In this document: piece by piece, positions 36,321-49,199 of the stretch
Layout: the number at the start of each line of letters is the position of its first letter
Position numbering within the stretch: the first letter of the stretch is position 1
NCBI RefSeq assembly: GCF_964204645.1
Contig: NC_134028.1
Location: forward strand, 12,137,263-12,201,262
Length of the DNA stretch: 64,000 nucleotides
From: Tubulanus polymorphus
Lineage: Eukaryota > Animalia > Nemertea
Reading direction: 5' to 3'
Position numbers and translations under genes: made by a program
The notes under the pieces: generated by a model
The model's database searches: none
What the model was told of the DNA's origin: nothing
What the model saw: only the letters and a program-made list of their open reading frames with translations

Positions 36321-39300
36321 AAATATAGCTGCCAAGCAGCGATAACGGGTTTTCTGCACAGTCTTAGAATCCTGTTCAATGGTTAACACAGTTTTATAAG
36401 AGGTAGATTGACAAACAGTCAATTACATTACATCTACTTGAAACCATGGACAACTGGACCAGATGGTCCTATTTGACTCTGGAAAATCGACTGTTAGGCC
36501 ATAATTACTGTTTATGGATTTCGACAAAGCATTTGATAAGGTACAACATCAGGCTATTAGGAAACAGTATCGATGATAGGTCGCTCAAATGGCTCAGCAG
36601 TTATCTCTGAATGAAAACATGTTGCCGAAATCAACGGAACGCCTCATCTTGGAATAAGTATCCTAAGTCGTCTTCTCTTTTATGTCCTGATAAATGACAA
36701 TAAACTCATTATATTACAGAATTAATGAAATACCAGTTTCATTGATGATGAAAAAACTCAAACGAAAAGTCTGGCTTATAAAGCTGTCTGCTCAGATGAA
36801 ATTTACAAAAAAAATTCATTTTTGCCAATAAAATTGATAATTGTGATTGATCGTTGAAAGTCAGAACCAGCTAATCACTAATTAACATTGTTATGTACTG
36901 CAGATTTAGATATACGTACACATATATAACGCTTTTAAACGTAACGCTTGTTAACCAGATAAGAGATTACTACATATAACACTGTGTTCTGAATACTACA
37001 TATAATATTGAATTGTATTACCGTGGTTCATAAGTTCCATTTATATTGAGTTGTATATAAGTTGTGTACATGTGAAATAAATCAGAGCTGTAATAAACTG
37101 CCTAAACTCCACACACGTCGATGTCTTAGCGTTGGTAACTGGTTCTCTGTCCGTGCCGTAATAGAAATGGGGGCTCGTCCAGGAAGGAAAAAAATCATTT
37201 GGAAGAAACCGTACACGGAATGATGGTGCAGACCGATGGTTATTGTGGTTCGTTTTTCTATGCGTAGCTGTTTGTTTTACGTGGCGTTTTGCGGAAAATT
37301 TCATAATTTTTGTATCAGTACTCCGGAGGCAGATTCGTCGTTGTTTATAAGGTACTGTACCTGTTTTATTACCTTTACTGGTGTTATATAAAATTCTGTC
37401 CTTCGTTAAAATCGAAAATAGTGTGAATTATGTCTCAAAAAGTCGTTGACTTTCAAACCTCTCCCACGTGGGAGTTTTTTAATTCGTTATTGAAGTCGGA
37501 CTTAATTGTTCTAGCAGCCAATTATGAAATCTCAATTAAAACTTAAATACGAAAATCCGAAATCAAGGAATCAGTTGCTCAGCATATAATTCAACAGGGT
37601 GTATTAAAGGGGTCATGAAGAGGTTTAGGAAAAAATTCTAAATCTAATTTTTTTTGTATAAAATGATTACTATATGCGTCTATAGTAGTTTCATGGAAAA
37701 AAAAAATTAAATATCATTATCCAATCCCGAGAAAAGCCCGTAGCAACGGCCCCAGCAACAGGACGCTCGCGATTGCGCGTCGATATTGATGACGTCATTC
37801 TGAGAAGTCCTCTCCACAGGCAAACCCGGAAGCGTTCTACTACTACGTTTATTCACCGAAGATTCCGCAAATTAACGCTAATTTTTCAACGATTTTGACA
37901 ATGCCCCGCCGTTGTGTAGCCATGCATTGCTCTCACGAAGGCAGTTCGAAGTTTGAGTGGCCAAAAGACCAAGCGAGAGATAGGATATGGACGGCTTTCG
38001 TGCGCACGAAGAGGAAAAAAACTTTCAGCCCACTCCAACCAGCCAACTTTGCTACAAGCACTTTTCTGACGAGGCTTTTTCTAACATGATGGCACATGAA
38101 CTCGGATACGCAAAATCGTAAGCAGTTATTAGGCATAATTCAAATACATTTTTCATTTATCTGACTGAATAGCCTAAGTCTTAGTCAGTTCTAAAAATTC
38201 GCTTGCCGAGCTCGCATGTCTTCGTATCCAGTTCAACTTGTTTTGCACCAAGAAGCCCACAGACCAGCAGTATATGTCTATAATATGACCTGACAGCACC
38301 AGTGATAATAATTAGCCAACTACTAGTTTCAATTTGATGTTTAATTCTTATCCAAAACAAAAAATGGTCAATGGTTGGGCCAGGTGTAGGAGGCTGCTGG
38401 TTCAATAGGCCTATATAGTCAGAGATGATGTAGAGCCCTAGGTCCAATTACTGAAAGAGGTCATAATGTATTAATTGACAATTATTTTATCTTGAAGACT
38501 TCGTCTAAAGTCTGATGCCGTTCCCACAATTCATTTGCTGCAAGTCGAGTCTCCGCAGTCAGAACCCTCAGAAACATTTGTGTCTCCAACACCAAATATG
38601 TGCGCTAGTGAACCCAGGTCAGCCTATGCCAAGCGAGAGAGGCAACGGTTAGTGGATAATGCTGTCGCAGATACTTGTGATGATAGTCAAGTAGATTTAG
38701 ACATCTCTGGAGTTGAGCCACTTTCTGAAGTGCACCATAAAGGTAATTAATGGCTAAATCTTTTTAAGAGTTCATAGACACACCAAACTTGTTTTTCACT
38801 TATCATTTTGCAAAGTGACCAATCATATTATACATTTTGATTACTTTCTATTCTTTTAGCTTGCCAAACTTTGAAATACAAGCAAAAGTGCCTCACCTGT
38901 CAAAATAAAGTTCGACCACAGCTCATATCAGTAGGGACTCAAGTTTCTTCTCCACAGTCCAAAAAGCGAAGGAGACTAGATACAGATGAGCAAGACGATT
39001 TTGGATCAGCAAGTGACAGCTCTGATACAGATACAGAGAGTGATAAAAGTTACATCCCAAGCGATGAAAATGAGGAGGAGGAGGAAAATGGTGTATTTCA
39101 CGAAATGAAGTAGGTACACTCTACAAATATGATATAATACATTTTTTTTGAGGTTTAACAATTGATTTTGACTTTTTCCTTTGATTTACTCACAGAAGCG
39201 ATGAAGATTTGCCTTATCAAAAGAGAAAGAAACACATAGTATTTGAATCCTTTCTGCTTCAACTTTTTGTAGTGTGTATCTTGTGTGGAGGAGAGAATGA

Positions 39301-40988
39301 GTGTTATAAACAGGTAGGTGGAGAAGGTTGCATTTTTTATCATTTCAACTGAAAGAAAAACAGCTACCAGTACATGTTTTCTTTTTCCAGACTAAAGGTA
39401 CTTTCTTACGAGTTCGTACCAAGTGTACTAATTGCGGCTTAACGAATGAATGGCAGAATCAACCACTGATCAAACAAATTCCAGTACTTAACATCTTACT
39501 GAGTGCGAGCATTCTGTTTACTGGCTCCAGCCCAGAAAAGGCACTTCGTATATTTCGGTACGCTATGAAAAAATGCCGATTAAACGAAAATATTACTCAA
39601 TTATACGTATTTCATTAATCTATTGTATCTTTTCAGGTTTATAAATATACAGTGCCAAACTGTTAGGACGTTTTTTAACCATCAAGCTCGATTTCTTCAT
39701 AAAGCAGTTAATGAAACATGGACAAAATCGAAAGCAAAAATATTAGAAAACTTGAAAGGCAGTCAGCTGATACTAGGAGGGGATGCTCGATGTGACTCCA
39801 TGGGACACTCCGCAAAGTTCTCTAGTTTTAGCCTCATGGAGCTGAACTTGAATAAATTAATATCTGTAAACTTAGTTCAAGTAAGTTTTTTTTCACTCGC
39901 ACAATTCATGCTGTTATTAAATCAGAATGAAATTTTTATTCTCCTTCAGAGCAATGAAACCGGCAATAGTTACAATATGGAACTTGAGGGATTGAAACGA
40001 TGTTGAAAGGACTTGGCTATTATAACCGATCGTCACCACCAAGTTGCCAAATGGATTAGGGAATCCTAGAATATTCCCCATTATTTTGATTGCTGGCATG
40101 TAGTGAAAGGTGAATTTTTAGCAAATAGTCTCTAAGCCGTAAACTATGTACTTATCAAGTGACTTTGATGAAAGTTGTAAATTTGAAAACTTGTTATCTA
40201 TTTTCAGGTTTGGCTAAGAAACTGGACGCCATCTCCAAATCATTTTCTATTGTGAAATTGTGGATGAAGAGCATTACATATCATCTCTACTGGCTCTACT
40301 CAATCATCATCGCCTGGCGATAAAGAAGAAATCAGGAGGAAATGGGCTTCAACAGTTGAACATATTCAAAATATCCACCACAACTGTTGCCACGGTCCAT
40401 TAGAAAAACCGAAGAAATGGTTGAGACCAGGTACACTTTATAACTAAAAAGAAAAATTTGATTATAATCTCTTTCGAAATGGTAATTAACTCTTTATATA
40501 CAGGAAGTGAAGCTTGCGAGAAAGTTGTAAACCTGTTGACCAAAAAGCTATTCGTTGGTGATGTGACAAACATGTCATCTCTTGGACAGACTAGCGGTGT
40601 AGAGTGTTACCATAGTGTGGTTAATCATTTTGCTCCAAAGATGTTAAAATTCTCATACCAAGGAATGTGCAGTAGGTATGTTATCTTCTAGCCAATTTGT
40701 ATCCATTGGTGCCAGTACTTATATACATTTTTGAAATACATGTATTGTGAAGATTATAATATCGGTATATTGCAGGATCTATCTTGCAGCTCTTCATTAT
40801 AATGAGAATGCAGGGCGGCCTCAAGCTATGAATAAGTCAGGATGCGGCCAATACAATATTGTCTTTCCTAAATACAAGAAGGGTGGATATTCTGTAAGGA
40901 AGGTTCTAGTAAATGCATCATACAGTGAGTAGTTATCCAGTAGTTATTGTGAACAAAATAGGCTAATACATGTATATACATTGTTTAA

Positions 40989-43565
40989 CCCTTTGAACCC
41001 TGACGTTTGATATTACCTTTTACTATATACCCGGCTTCGGGGGCAAAAATTCCCTATATTCAAATAGCTGTAAAATTTTAACTAATAAAGATATCTACAT
41101 GAAATAAAGTTTATTAGACATTACAGGAAGTAAGCTTCTCAAAAAACATATCAAACACTCACCCTACTCCCAGTATCTTTGAAGTGAATGCCACTTTCGG
41201 AAGCAGTTTTCAGCTTCAGTGCCGATACAGAGAAAAACGTTACATAACATACACCTATATACAGTTTTGCGTCTTTTAGGTAGATTTTCATCCCCATTCC
41301 TTTTTGCACGCTTATATCGTTCATCACAAACAACACAACGATTGTTAGAAGTAGCCTCTGCTCCCCTTTCAGGAAAATGTTGTCCAGCATTCAGTCTTTG
41401 TAGATCGTGTTCATGCTCACGACGTTGACCGAGAACAGGTTCGTCCCTATTTGCAACATGATCACTCACAAGATCATGACAGAGTTCATCAACAAAATCA
41501 TGGAAGCAATAGGATGCTACTGGTGATGGATTGGTCTTTCTTTTGAGTATGTATGCATTATAAATGGCCCACATCATAAATTTGACCATAAGTCTACGCG
41601 GCCATCTGTAATGACGTCTGCACTTGACCATCTTTGTATGTTGGTCATTGAGATCAACTCCTCCCATGTGCATATTATATTTTTTTACTATACTAGGAGC
41701 AGGGACTTGAACCCTGCCTCCTTCTGCAGCTATGTATCTCCTTACTTCAGTGTCAGGAGATTTTACATGAGCAGTAGAGAGGAAGTGGATTGGCTTTTTG
41801 TCCATCCACACAAGAGCGGCTACCTTTCCGTTGAAACGGCGCTTATATTCACCACGTGCTAAGTCGTTCGCTGTTTTGATACATACAGGAAATCTCTTTC
41901 TGTTTGTCATTGTAGTTCCAACAATACAAGTGTTCATATTGTCCAGAAGATGTTCGCTAAGGAAAACACTACTGTAAAAACGGTCCACGTATAGGCAGTA
42001 ACCATGGTTCGCAACGGGTTTGCAAAGACGTCGAACTAAATTCCCGGTTGCGCCGACAACTTCCACATCCTCAGGATCATTTTGTACACCTGTATATACT
42101 TCCGCGTTTATAATATATCCATTGTCACTGTCACACAATAAAAAAGTTTTTATACCCCATTTTACGGGCTTGTCTTTGAGGTATTGTTTTATTGAGAGTC
42201 GATTTTTCGTCGGGATGATGCCCTCGTCTAAGGATACATTTTCACCAGGCACATAAAAATTCTTGAGTTGAATTCTTTGTTGAGGGTGGGGTCTTCCTCA
42301 TTTACACAGTGTAGAAAAGTCCATATTGCTAGGAATCGATCCCTGCTCATAACTTTTTTGAAGCCCGGGGTTGATAAAAGCCAACTTTTTTGTCTCCAAT
42401 AATCAGAATAGCGATTTTTATAAATCAGGCACTCCATGGTTATTCGCAGGCCAAAGAATGCTTTTAGTTCATTTATGGTCACACTACGCCAGGTTTTAGC
42501 ATGATAAAATGTAGGCCTGGCCGCTTTTATGCGTCTGGCTTGACGATTTGTTTCCGCTTTGAGAAGGCGCCACAATTCATTGTCCCATACTAAATCTAAA
42601 TGTTCAGCTAGTGAACTTTCAGCAGTGATGGTGTCAGGGATATTTTTCACACCAGGGAAAAGGAATTTCATTATGAGCAGCAACATTTTCTATCCAATTA
42701 TCAATTATTGGTTGACGATTACCAATATGGCCACTAGCTCGACGACGCCTGCGGGCACGGCCCCCACGCGCCCCTCGATTTCCAGCTCTACCTATCTGAC
42801 CACCACGTTGATTGCCACACTGACCTCTAAATGCTCGACCACGTCCACGCTGCTGTTGGTTGATAGGAGGTACACGTAGGCCTACAGGTTTACTGTCAGA
42901 GTCACTTGACACGTGGTAATTTATCGGAGATCGTGACCGAACTCGAGCGCCGACTCCCCTTCCTAAAGGACGGCTCCTTGGATGAATATGGGAAGGAGTA
43001 GATGAATGTCGTTGTTTGTTAGAATTAGACAGTTCATCATCACTGCTGCTGACATCATGAGTAGGTCTGTTCACAGCTCTACGTCCAGTACTTGTACTCG
43101 GTACAACATTGTCCATAATATTGTTCGTATGAGAAGCCGCAGTGGTAGGGAAAGGGTCAATGTCCGGTCCATTTCTATCACTACCTGATTCATAATTATT
43201 GTCATTTTGTGATGAATTATCAACTAACATCAACGTACCTTCTTCAAAACTCTCATCTTCAGTCTCAAAATCACTTTCGTGTTCGTAATCTTCCTGGTCT
43301 AAATCCTCATCATCATCGTCTATCACAAGTTGCAAAGCTTGACTCACTGATAATTGTTTTTTATCCATTATTTTCACCAAAAACTTGAAAAAATTCCGGA
43401 ATTTTCTTGAAACATTCGGGAAACACCTTTGCTGACGTCATTATGGAATTCCCCGCTGAAAAACGGCAGTAGTTTCGAGTCCCACATAATGGGCCGGTAT
43501 TTCGGCCTTTCGGTATATAGTAAAAGGTAAATGGGCCGGTATTCCGGCCTTTCGGTCTCAAAGGG
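40989..43565 (-). mobile_element. piggyBac transposon inserted in the last intron of the Kolobok transposase
   Basis: TTAA TSD (40985-40988 / 43566-43569) and CCCTTTGA termini. Two 26-bp subterminal direct repeats lie at ~43489 and 43531. Confidence 0.93.
41164..43368 (-). pseudogene. piggyBac (PGBD4-like) DDD transposase with C-terminal Cys-rich domain; two frameshifting deletions
   Basis: SLDEG, KPVKWGIK, YVDRFYSS and YNMHMGGVDLNDQ; CRD RCVVC...TVYRCMLCNVFLC...CFRKWH. Frame breaks at ~42655 and ~42260. Confidence 0.92.
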
Positions 43566-44212
43566 TTAAATGAATTTCCTTTTTCTATTTTTGTTTCACA
43601 GGCATCTGAGAAGTATCTTGTTTCTTTTGCCGTGTTTTATTTCGATTAATACAGTACAACTATCTAACCATTGCTTTCTATAATATTGAAGGGTGCAATA
43701 TTATAGTTAATTTTACAACATACCTGTAACTCAATCATACTCTATATCTATACTCTATATCTGTCAGCTTTTCTTCTGCTAAATGTGTGCACTTATTTAT
43801 CTGTCCTGCTTCTTGGGTTTGATGTGATTAAAATATATTTCATAATTATTTTCCATTCACACGCATTATTTCAGCATATTTCATATTGATGTAATTCTTC
43901 TTTAAATCCCGAGTACATGTATCTATTGTAGAGTATGTCGACCAATGCTTTGATAAGCTCATAACATGTGTCGAAAGAAATGAGGATCTACAAGCTGTTT
44001 CTAGGATAGAACCGGCACCGCTATGTGAATCATATGAGAGGCCCAACAAACATGAAGCAGTGGTTGGATAACTTAGATTTTAGTTTGTAAAAAAATAAAT
44101 CCAAGACTTGTATCTTATCTTTGTATAGAAATCATTAAAATATATTTCTAAAAAAATTTTAATATATGAATTTTAAGCAGATCTTTACAATTATTTTTGG
44201 CACGTCTAGGTT

Positions 44213-45241
44213 TTATTTCTTGAGTTTAGGCCATTGATGTCCCTTAAATTTAAAGTCCTCTTCTAAGCCAGGTGGTGGAAAATGTGCCCTTATACAAGAC
44301 ACAACACAAGAAGGTAACACCACCCTACAATCCTTGCCGAGATAGTTCCAGCACCGCCGTACAAACTGTCTATAAGCAATGTGTCGATATTTAGCATGAG
44401 CAGGTCCCTCAAAGCCACTGCCTTTATACTGTTGCTTGTATTGGGACCAGGCACACTGCAAGTTCCAAGGATCCAAACAATCCGAATTCAAACCGGGATG
44501 ATCGGTCATACACGTGAATTCCATTTTTTGGATGACTGTTGCTTCGTCTAATTTGGAGACTACTTCTGGTATTTCCTGGCAACAAACACATTCACGGGCG
44601 AACCCCAATGGTTGAAAATGTCCGCATGTGCACCTGTAACATAGTTAGTGAATGTTATGTATTGTAATATCAGTAAGATGAACTAGATACCAAAATATCT
44701 GAACATCCTACCCAATGCTAGGCTAAAATTTAAAATTGTAGTCTAAAAAGTTAGTGTTTCGGGAATACAGAAGTAATATATAATAAAAGTAATAATAATG
44801 AATGAGGGTTTTGGCAGTAGCGGATAGATAGATAGATAAATAAATAGAATAAATTTTGATTTGATTGGATTGAATTTTACTACTTTCGTTTCATTCACCG
44901 TATTTGTCGATATCAATCGGCACACATGGTATTAGAAACATCTGAGACAAACTTTGATCGAAATTATAATTTGTATGAAACAACTCGATGATAATTTCGT
45001 CTACTAACCAATCTTTCAAGCGATCAACCTCGGTCCGCCAAGCATCTTCCCAAACACTAGCCGAATAAACCTCGTCGTCCGACGCGTCGGGTTCAAAATC
45101 AAACGGATTTATGACCACTATCTCATCGTTAGAATTGTTTCCTTCTTCAATTTCGGAGATTCGGCTGGAATCTGATGACACCGAGTCGCTACGTTCACTT
45201 TCATCGCTGTCACTATACGTTTCTGATATACTCTCCGCCAT
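44213..45241 (-). CDS. KolX (Kolobok second gene; P2X7 C-terminal ballast-like Cys-rich protein); two exons, 45009-45241 and 44213-44633, ~217 aa
   Basis: Acidic N-terminus with NPFDFEP and a TG|gttagt...acag|G splice. Gives WCTCGHFQP...ECVCCQEI, CMTDHPG, YRHIAYRQFVR...LGK..RVVLPSCVV..IRAHFP...FKG with no stops. Confidence 0.88.
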
Positions 45242-45443
45242 GATGTTTTGGTTCGGGTTCTCAGAATGACGTCACACTTCCGGGTTTGGAATGAATCGGC
45301 ACGGGCCGATCAAAAGTCTAATTTTACAGTTATTCCATAATGTTAAATTTATTTTTTGATCAACTAAACCAATACATAGGTTATATTTGATGATAAAAAT
45401 TACTTAAGGCCATATCTCAAAAACCTCTTCATGACCCCTTTAA

Positions 45444-46990
45444 GTGAATCGCCTATTATTGAAAGTTCAAAAAGTTCTTCTTTAGAATTGCGTCGGTTGG
45501 AGTTAGAATATCACAAGCGGGAATGTGGAAGACAACACGAGATTGCGCTGAAGGAGATGGAACTTCGTATGAAGTTGATGGAATTCCACGATAGTGGTTT
45601 ACGTCGAACACGCCCTCAGCAGTTTGATGTCACCAAACATATACGACTGGTACTAAAATTCAATGAAGCGGAACCAGATAAGTATTGTTCCCTTTTCGAA
45701 AAGATTGCTGTGAACCTGGAGTGGCCTAAGCAATTTTGGTCACTACTACTGGTTCAGATTGTATTGGTGGGAAAAGCGCAGGAAGCGTACTCTGCGCTTT
45801 CGGCCGAGGAAAGTCAGGACTATGACAAGGTTAAATTTGCTGTATTGAAGTCGTATGAATTGGTACCTGAAGCTTATCGTCAGAAATTTCGAGATCGTAG
45901 AAAATATTCAACAGAAACATTTGTAGAATTTGCAAGGGGCAAACAAGATTTGTTCGATAAGTAATGTGATTCTATGTTAGTGCATAAAGATTTTGAGAAA
46001 TTAAGACAAATTGTTCTAATTGAAGAGTTCAAAAATTGTTTAGGGATTGAGATTAGGACATATTTAGATGAAAAGAAAATAACTGATTTGAGTGAAGCTG
46101 CAATTTTGTCAGATGATTACGCGTTAACACATAGGATTACATTAGGTAAATCAGATACATGTAGTAACAGTAATAGTACCAACTTTTCTATGAATCGTAA
46201 AATAGGTCCAAACAGCAAATTGGAATCAAGTCCTAAGACTAATACTACTACGGTAGTTTGCAGTTATTGCAAAAAGGCGGGACACTTAATTTCTGAGTGT
46301 TTCAAATTACAAAGGAAAAGATCTCAATCGGTACAAAAGGTTCAGCTTACTTCTACGGTGGACACAAAGAGTTTGTTACAAAATTTCAAATTTGAGCAAA
46401 AACCATTTGAACCGTTTATTTCTGATGGCTATGTTTCTCTGCCAGGGTGTTCAGTTGAAAATTTGAATATAAAAGTTTTGTGGGATACAGGAGCTTCACA
46501 GACTCTTATGCTAACTGGTACGTTACCTTTGTCTGAAAAAACATATGTAGGGCGCAGTGATTTATTGAAAGGCGTTAGCGGAGAGATATTGGAGACTCCT
46601 TTACATAAGATTTACTTAAACACATCTGAAGTACAGGGTGAAGTAGAAGTTGGTATCAAGTCAGTACTACCAGTACCTGGAATTCATTTGTTATTGGGCA
46701 ATGATTTAGCTGGAGGTAATATTCATTATGATCGAACTGTTTCTGACTCTCCCACTTTGGATTCTAAAGTGGAAGAGTTAGAAATTCCGGGTATTTTTCC
46801 TGCTTTCGCGGTAACACGTGCTATGGCTGCAAAAAAATTAAGAGATGCATTGTCATCTTTTCAGCCCTCTGATAATGTATTGTCTTCTGATTCTTCAATT
46901 TCTGACGATTGTCAGCACAATTTAGATGATACTTTTTTGCAAACAAATTTTGAGTCTGTGGGAGAACAGTCCGAGCAGTCCAGAATTTAG
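45444..46990 (+). pseudogene. Gmr1 gag (SCAN-like capsid, CCHC knuckle) and protease; the N-terminus is at 37430-37607
   Basis: FEKIA..LEWP..W...LVGKAQEAY...DYDKVK.AVL..YELVPEAYRQKFR, CSYCKKAGHLISEC, DTGASQT and LLLGNDL. Confidence 0.9.
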
Positions 46991-47089
46991 TAGGGCACAT
47001 TTGATTAAATTACAACAGCAGGATTCCAAAATTTTTAAACTATGTAGTACTGCTTCATCTTCAGTTGAAGATTTTTAAATGATAACCCT

Positions 47090-48045
47090 GTGGGTTATTT
47101 TATGCACGGTGGAGTACTGTTGAGGAAATGGCATCCACCGGATGTCCCTGCTGATAATGAGTGGAACGTGGTGAATCAGATAGTGGTTCCCCCTGGGTAT
47201 CGCAAGCATATTTTGCATCTGGCCACTGACAATTTAATTGGTGGTCATTTGGGCGTAAAAAAACTTATAACAAGATTCTTGAGAATTTCTTTTGGCCAGG
47301 ATTATATAAAGATGTATCAAAGTTCTGTGGTAATTGTCATGCCTGTCAAATTAGTGGTAAACCCAATCAAACGATCCTGCCGGCTCCGTTAATTCCGGTG
47401 CCAGCATTTTCTCAACCGTTCTCAGAGATTTTGATCGACTGTGTTGGTCCTTTGCCTAAAACTAGAGCAGGAAATGAATATCTTTTAACCATTATGTGTA
47501 AATCTACACGATTTCCTGAGGCAATTCCACTTCGTAATATTACGGCTCCAGTTATATGTAAAAACTTGGTTAAGTTCTTTACTACATTTGGTCTTCCTTC
47601 ATCTATTCAATCAGATCAAGGTTCCAATTTCATGTCGGGTATATTTCAACAAGTTATGTTCCAATTAAACATTAAACAATGTTACTCGACGGCGTATCAT
47701 CCACAGAGCCAAGGTGCTTTGGAGCGTTTTCATCAAACATTGAAATCCATGTTAAGTGTGTTCTGTAGTGAAAATGATCGTGATTGGGATGAAGGAGTAC
47801 CATTGTTACTATTTTCTGTCCGTGAATCTGTTCAGGATTCATTAGGATTTAGTCCTTTTGAATTGGTTTTTGGCCATAAAGTACGAGGTCCTTTACTGTT
47901 GATGAAAGAACAGTGGTTGGCGGACTCAATTAAAATTCCTTTATTGAAGTATGTAACTGAGTTTAGGAATAGAATGTGTAATACGTGGAAATGTGCTCGT
48001 GAGCACTTGACTGAATCACAAAGTAAGATGAAAACGTGTAGCTGA
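47090..48045 (+). pseudogene. Gmr1 integrase (upstream of RT)
   Basis: GHLGVKK..CHAC, IDCVGPLP, SDQGSNF and HPQSQGALERFHQTLK. Confidence 0.93.
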
Positions 48046-49199
48046 ACCCAGTGATAGTGACTGGAGTTCTCCGTGTCTATTAATTCCTAAGCCAGATTTT
48101 CGTAAAGTCAATTCAGTGACTAAGACAGATTGTCATCCAATACCCAGGATAGATGATCTTGTCGATCAGATTGGTAAATCCAAGTATATTACTAAAATCG
48201 ATTTAACCAAGGGTTATTGGCAAGTTCCTTTGACAAACCGCGCTAAGAAGATAGCTGCATTTGTTACACCAAATGGTTTTATTTCAATATCGAAAGATGG
48301 CATTTGGTTTGAAAAATTCAGCGGCCACTTTCCAAAGGCTCATGAATAAGGTCGTGAACGGTCTAGTTTGCGTGATTGTATATATTGACGATCTTATCAT
48401 TTTTTCAGATACTTGGGAGTCACATCTTCAGCAACTGCATTCTCTATTTGAGAGATTGACTGAGGCAAACCTTTAGGTAAAAGTTTACTTAACTTAAGTT
48501 TACTTAACAGTAAACTTGCCTATAAGTGATTTCGGTAAAGCCATAGTAATCTATCAGGGTCAGGTAAAGCCTGTGGATGCGAAAATTAAATCAATATTAG
48601 ATTTACCGTCTCCTAATGATCGGAAATCTCTTCTTCGATTTTTGGGTATGGCCGGTTTCTATAGAAAGTTCTCTAGAAATTTTTCTGATCTAACTTGCTG
48701 TTTGACCCAGTTGCTGAGGAAGGGTGTCCCGTTTGTTTGGAATGAAGATTGTGAATTAGCATTTCGAAATGTCAAGTCTTTTCTTTGTAGTAGTCCTGTT
48801 TTGTCTGCTCCTAACTTTGAAAAACAATTCAAATTGACTGTTGATGCTAGTGATGTCGCTACAGGGGCTGTGCTATCTCAAATTGATGATTCTAATATCG
48901 ATCATCCATTAGCGTATTTTTCGAAGAAACTGAATAACAGTCAGAAGAACTATTCTACTATAGAGAAAGAATGTTTGGCATTGGTTTTTGCTCTAGAACA
49001 TTTTGAGGTGTATTATAGTATGCAATTATATCCTGTTCTTGTATTAACAGATCATAATCCGTTGAAATTTCTGAATTCAATGAAGAATAAGAATAAACGA
49101 ATTATGAGATGGGCGTTATTGCTGCAAGAGTATAATTTACAGATTGAGCATATCCGTGGAAGTAAAAACATAATTGCTGATGCTCTATCACGAGTTTGA
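48046..49199 (+). pseudogene. Gmr1 RT and RNase H (downstream of integrase)
   Basis: SDWSSP, PIPRIDD, IDLTKGYWQV, MAFGLKN and YIDDLII (RT). VDASD, YSTIEKE, TDHNPL and NIIADALSR (RH), ending just before the PPT. Confidence 0.93.

Larger units (their letters stand above)
37900..44082 (+). pseudogene. Kolobok transposase, multi-exon, with N-terminal THAP domain; disabled
   Basis: MPRRCVAMHC...WPKD...W...LCYKHF, RLKSDAVPTI (THAP). GGDARCDSMGHSAK, IITDRH, FDCWH, TSGVECYHS..NHFAPK and LAALHYNEN. The last exon starts at 43932 (PAPLCESYERPNK). GT-AG introns; stops and frameshifts present. Confidence 0.88.
37608..45439 (+). mobile_element. Kolobok DNA transposon (THAP-DDE transposase plus convergent KolX gene)
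   Basis: Perfect 19-bp TIR AGGGGTCATGAAGAGGTTT and TTAA TSD (37604-37607 / 45440-45443). Removing it restores Gmr1 gag ...IQQGV|LSESPII. Confidence 0.94.
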
